From an uncultured Pseudomonadales bacterium (GTDB lineage: Bacteria; Patescibacteriota; Microgenomatia; UBA1400; CAYXSR01): a DNA stretch of 64,000 nucleotides. Below, in pieces: positions 60,232 to 64,000 of the stretch. The notes beneath the pieces were generated by a model. That model did no database searches and was not told the origin of the DNA. It saw only the letters and a program-made list of their open reading frames with translations. Where the stretch lies: positions 318,987 through 382,986 of the forward strand of contig CAYSEI010000001.1 in NCBI GenBank assembly GCA_964430265.1. The letters run 5' to 3'. The position numbers and the translations under genes are program-made. Positions within the stretch are counted from its first letter, which is position 1, and each line of letters opens with the position of its first letter.

Positions 60232-60649
60232 AGTTGTCCTTTTCAAAAGATTTATCTAAATATTGAGAATAGATATCTCTTAAATGCTGCGTATCATAAT
60301 ATATGTGCATAATTTTTCCTTCGATCGTAGGTCTTAGCTCGGCAGTTTTTGAATAGATGCAATCACCGTTTTTAATGATTTCAAACAAAAATATCGGCGG
60401 GCTTTTATAGTCAATAATTGACAAATCTAATTCATAGGGTATTTTAATTTCTTTTATTAATTTTTTTACAAATTCTCTTTTAGAAAATTCATCCTTTTTA
60501 TTGACAAATATTGCTAGATCAAGATCACTATCTGCAACAGCATATTCTCCTGCTTGCGAACCAAATAAATATACGGCCAACACTTTTTTATTGGATTTAA
60601 ATATTTGATTTAACTGGTTTTGTAATTCTTCTATTAACTGATTTTTCAT
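60218..60649 (-). CDS. MntA-like minimal nucleotidyltransferase antitoxin
   Basis: YLFGSQA.......SDLD = GSX10DXD motif. Confidence 0.88.
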   Translation of the reverse strand: MKNQLIEELQNQLNQIFKSNKKVLAVYLFGSQAGEYAVADSDLDLAIFVNKKDEFSKREFVKKLIKEIKIPYELDLSIIDYKSPPIFLFEIIKNGDCIYSKTAELRPTIEGKIMHIYYDTQHLRDIYSQYLDKSFEKDNCENK

Positions 60650-60686
60650 AATTTATATTATATTAAATCTTGCCTAAATTTACTAT

Positions 60687-61580
60687 TTAATTAAAAGATT
60701 TTCCGTTTAAAAACTGGGCAATCTTAAATGCCAGCATAACACGCTTTGCTTTTGCTCGGGAATAGTTTTTATTACAAAACATTTCTAAACCTTTTTTGTA
60801 TTTATTTTTAAAAACAACTTTGTTTCTCTTCTGCAGGCTTTCCCCAGCAAGATGTATGATTTTAATTGATGCTACCAAATAGCGCTTAATACCCTTTTTG
60901 TGCAGCTGAAAGGAAAAGTCCATGTCTTCAAAAAAGAAATCAAAACGTTCGTCAAATATTTTTTCTTTTGTAACTACTTTTTTATCAATCAAGGCCTGTT
61001 TTTTGAAAAACAAACAAGCTCCGGGGATCTGCTCAATCTGCTGTGCCCAAATATTTTTGTCAATCTTAGAAAAGATCATGTTTTTAAAAAGAGGCAGTTT
61101 TACAAGTGTTTTTCTAAATATTACAGAGTGCCAGAGCAGGACATTTAAAAAATTAGGGAATTTCATATAGTAGTGGTTCTGGATTTTGTAGTCCGGATGC
61201 AAAAGCATTCCGCTGAAAGCTAAAATATCTAATTTTTCTTTAATAAAAGAATGTAGTTCTTCAAAAAAACCGTGTTTTAATAAAGTGTCTGAATTTAGAA
61301 CTAAGATGTATTTACCTTCACTTTGCTGATATCCTTTGTTTATGCTTTTAGCAAAACCAAGATTTTTATTGTTCTGTATAATTTTAAGATTTTTTCTTTC
61401 CTTGTTTACTTTATTGGATAAATATTTTTGCTTGACAGCATCAACTGTATTGTCCTTAGAAGCATCATCAACAAGAATTACTTCATAGTCGCCTTCTTTC
61501 TCCTGTTCAAAAATGGAGTCAAGACACTGAAGCGTAATTTCTTTGGTATTGTATGTGGGTACTATTATTGATAAGAGCAT
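60687..61580 (-). CDS. Glycosyltransferase family 2
   Basis: IIVPTYN, VDDASKD, NLGFAKSIN, LNSD, FFEDMD. Confidence 0.9.
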   Translation of the reverse strand: MLLSIIVPTYNTKEITLQCLDSIFEQEKEGDYEVILVDDASKDNTVDAVKQKYLSNKVNKERKNLKIIQNNKNLGFAKSINKGYQQSEGKYILVLNSDTLLKHGFFEELHSFIKEKLDILAFSGMLLHPDYKIQNHYYMKFPNFLNVLLWHSVIFRKTLVKLPLFKNMIFSKIDKNIWAQQIEQIPGACLFFKKQALIDKKVVTKEKIFDERFDFFFEDMDFSFQLHKKGIKRYLVASIKIIHLAGESLQKRNKVVFKNKYKKGLEMFCNKNYSRAKAKRVMLAFKIAQFLNGKSFN

Positions 61581-61689
61581 TATATGTATTTTAGCAGAAT
61601 GAGGTAAGAGAAGAAAATATCTGTATATAGGTAAACTATAGTCCGAATGGTACTTACACTAGCAGCTATGATTTTGACCAATGTCTTTC

Positions 61690-61729
61690 TTGACTTATTA
61701 TCTGACATCCGATATCATATATCTGATAT
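61690..61729 (+). promoter_or_regulatory. TA promoter with overlapping operator
   Basis: TTGACT-17 nt-TATCAT; inverted repeat ATATCA-N6-TGATAT (61712-61729) over the -10 element. Confidence 0.65.
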
Positions 61730-61746
61730 TAAGTTTACACACTAAA

Positions 61747-62013
61747 ATGAAAGCAACAATAAATATCCGTCCAAGAAGACAAGTTACTTTACCCAAAGAA
61801 ATCCTTGAAGAATTATCCCTTTCTGTCGGAGATAAAATTCAAATAGAAGTAAAAAACAATAAATTAATAGGTAAACCTATTATCGATTATACATTAGATA
61901 ATATTGAAACTATTCAAAACGTCCTCCAAGATGCTGATATTTCTGAAAAAGAACTTCAAGAAAGCGGGAAGAAAATACGCGAAAAACTTGTAAAAGAAAA
62001 ATATGAAAAGTAA
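61747..62013 (+). CDS. AbrB/MazE-type antitoxin (start ATG 61747)
   Basis: RQVTLPKEI..L....GD.I swapped-hairpin motif. Confidence 0.85.
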   Translation: MKATINIRPRRQVTLPKEILEELSLSVGDKIQIEVKNNKLIGKPIIDYTLDNIETIQNVLQDADISEKELQESGKKIREKLVKEKYEK

Positions 62014-62422
62014 TTTTTTTATTGATTCAAATGTTTGGTTTTCTGTTTTTTATTCAAAAGGAAACTGCTATAAATTAATAAAAAAGCTTTTAGAACACAA
62101 CAAAGAAATTGTAGTTTCAAAATTAGTGATTGAGGAGACATTTAGAAATATATATAAAAAAGTTCCTCAGGCACTCCCAGCACTTAATAATTTCTTTTGT
62201 TCTGCTCCGATCACAATATTAGAAAACCCAGAAAAAAAACAATTAAATAGTAATCTGAAATTGGCAGACAAAAAAGACTTGCCTATTATTTTATCTGCAA
62301 TAAATTACAATTGTGATTATTTAGTAACTAGAAATGTAAAAGATTTTAATTTAAAAAACATTAAGAATAAAATAAAAATATTAACACCACAACAAGCTTT
62401 ATCTTTAAGTTTTGAATCATAA
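62003..62422 (+). CDS. PIN-domain (VapC-like) toxin
   Basis: FIDSNV, EE, DKKD, LVT.N.KDF; overlaps the antitoxin gene. Confidence 0.85.
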   Translation: MKSNFFIDSNVWFSVFYSKGNCYKLIKKLLEHNKEIVVSKLVIEETFRNIYKKVPQALPALNNFFCSAPITILENPEKKQLNSNLKLADKKDLPIILSAINYNCDYLVTRNVKDFNLKNIKNKIKILTPQQALSLSFES

Positions 62423-62519
62423 ATCAACTTTTTCTCTTTTTTACACTTACAAACTTTCAATCTTGTAACATATATCTATATTTTTGACCGTATAGATATT
62501 TTTCTGTTAGACTAAATTT

Positions 62520-63380
62520 ATGATATTTAAACGCAATAAAATCAAGTTCAAAAATATTCAGCCCGAACAAAGAAAAAAATATCAAAGCTATTCTTTGGAC
62601 AAAAAAATATCTCTTGCAGAAAAAGTAATTAAAAAAGGGTTGAAAAGATTTAAAGCAAATAATTCTGCTGTTGCCTGGACAGGCGGAAAAGACTCTACTC
62701 TGCTTCTCTGGCTTGTAAATAAAGTTTGTGAAGAAGATAGACTTCAGCTGCCAAAAGTTATGTTTGTTGATGAAGGAGATGTGTTTGATGAGATATTAGA
62801 ATTTGTTCATAAAATCAAACAGGAGTGGAAGCTTGATTTTAATACAGCACATAATAAGGATGTATCTTCAAAAGCAAAAAAAATTGGGGACCTTGTAAAG
62901 GTTAAGGATTTAAATGATAGAAATAAAAAGGAGTTAAAAAGGCTTGGATTTGAAAAAAAGGAATTTCCTTACCTGCCTGAATCATTTGTTGGCAACCATT
63001 TAATGAAAACAGTTGCCACCAATATCTGGATTGAAAAAAATGCTATTAAAGCTTTATTTACCGGTGTGCGCTGGGATGAACAAGAAGCAAGAAGTGAAGA
63101 TGATTTTATCCGTAAAATGGATAATCCTACTCATTTCAGAGTTGAGCCAATACTTCATTTTTTTGAAAAAGATGTTTGGGAGGCAACGCATAAAAATAAA
63201 ATCCCCTATATTTCTTTGTATAAAGATGGCTACCGCTCTTTAGGAGCAAAATCAACCACAAAAAAAACAGGAGATAAACCTGCCTGGGAGCAGAATATGG
63301 AAGAAATAAAAGAGAGGGCTGGAAGACAGCAGGATAAAGAAAAGATCATGCAGCGCTTAAGAGAACTTGGATATATGTAA
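62520..63380 (+). CDS. PAPS-reductase-superfamily protein, CysD-like (sulfate adenylyltransferase subunit 2)
   Basis: PP-loop WTGGKDS, GVRWDE..AR, GYRSLG, ERAGR; no CC/CxxC and no ECG(L/I)H reductase motif. Confidence 0.7.
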   Translation: MIFKRNKIKFKNIQPEQRKKYQSYSLDKKISLAEKVIKKGLKRFKANNSAVAWTGGKDSTLLLWLVNKVCEEDRLQLPKVMFVDEGDVFDEILEFVHKIKQEWKLDFNTAHNKDVSSKAKKIGDLVKVKDLNDRNKKELKRLGFEKKEFPYLPESFVGNHLMKTVATNIWIEKNAIKALFTGVRWDEQEARSEDDFIRKMDNPTHFRVEPILHFFEKDVWEATHKNKIPYISLYKDGYRSLGAKSTTKKTGDKPAWEQNMEEIKERAGRQQDKEKIMQRLRELGYM

Positions 63381-63432
63381 CTTTTTATTCAAAAACTTTT
63401 AAGTAATAAATGATTAATATATACTTATAGTC

Positions 63433-64000
63433 ATGAAAATACTTGTTACAGGAGCAATCGGTTTTATTGGTACACACCTTTGTAAAGAACTTTTAGATAA
63501 AGGCCATGAGGTTATTGGGATTGATATTATTAAAGGTAATGATTTTCATCCGTTAAGAAAGTTTAACTTCTCTTTTATTCCCGAAACTAATAATTTCAAG
63601 TTTTTTGATCTGAATATTTTAAACCAGGATCTTTTAGAAGAAGTAATAAAACAAGAACAGCCCGACTATATTATCCACACTGCAGCCAAAGCTGGTGTAA
63701 GAACAAGCATTAAATACCCGCTTTTGTATACCAAGACAAATGTTTTAGGTTCGCAAATTGTTTTAGATGCAGTAAGAAAATATTCACCAAAAACAAAACT
63801 CATCCTTTTTTCCACTTCATCCGTTTATGGAATCCAGGATAAAGCACCTTTTGAAGGAACAATGGAACCCAATCCCAGATCCCCCTACTCTACCACCAAA
63901 TATATTATGGAAGAGATTGCCAGGCAGTACAACCGGTTTTATAATTTACCAATTATAATTGTCCGGCCTTTTTCTATTTATGGACCATTAGGACGTCTTG
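63433..64000 (+). CDS. NAD-dependent nucleotide-sugar epimerase (UDP-glucuronate 4-epimerase-like), partial; not in the ORF track
   Basis: MKILVTGAIGFIG, HTAAKAGVR.S, STSSVYG, SPYSTTK (YxxxK), RPFSIYGP. Confidence 0.88.
   Translation, partial: MKILVTGAIGFIGTHLCKELLDKGHEVIGIDIIKGNDFHPLRKFNFSFIPETNNFKFFDLNILNQDLLEEVIKQEQPDYIIHTAAKAGVRTSIKYPLLYTKTNVLGSQIVLDAVRKYSPKTKLILFSTSSVYGIQDKAPFEGTMEPNPRSPYSTTKYIMEEIARQYNRFYNLPIIIVRPFSIYGPLGRL

Noticed and set aside
61681-61746. N-terminal extension of the AbrB antitoxin
   Set aside because: It overlaps the -35/-10 elements and operator; the domain starts at ATG 61747.
1-64000. Poly-A/T tracts of 8-9 nt as phase-variation switches
   Set aside because: Expected at this AT content (Lys/Phe codons); the host ORFs are intact and no frameshifted gene was seen.

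Overview
AT-rich bacterial chromosomal window. Its gene content points to a Patescibacteria/CPR genome, probably Microgenomates-like (DUF4012, DUF5667, Gmad2-like protein, short RecO, alpha2-type GlyRS, type-2 IleRS); this lineage call is an inference. Almost everything is on the minus strand. From left to right: the end of a glycan locus headed by tRNA-Val(CAC); lepB, parB, rpmA-rplU, rodA and ileS; an expanded division/cell-wall cluster (mraZ...ftsZ, 9.0-39.0 kb) carrying extra genes (two GlmU-like proteins, pgeF, yvcK, hydrolase-murF-aminotransferase-femX-methyltransferase, and an accessory block); a divergent operon of three small unknown proteins; glyQS-recO; and a large surface-glycan locus with two toxin-antitoxin pairs, a CysD-like gene and an epimerase. 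Main highlights: (1) an ileS T-box with the actinobacterial-style ultrashort Stem I fused to an intrinsic terminator; (2) a recurring TANNNT + 6-7 nt + ATG leaderless-promoter signature at 10 genes, plus a tRNA abutting a start codon; (3) signs of non-canonical peptidoglycan chemistry (MurE EDPR, membrane-anchored MurF module with FemX and a PLP aminotransferase, Cys-to-Asp MurA); (4) unknown small proteins sharing the MraZ-box intergenic region. No CRISPR array, rRNA, transposase or integrase was seen.
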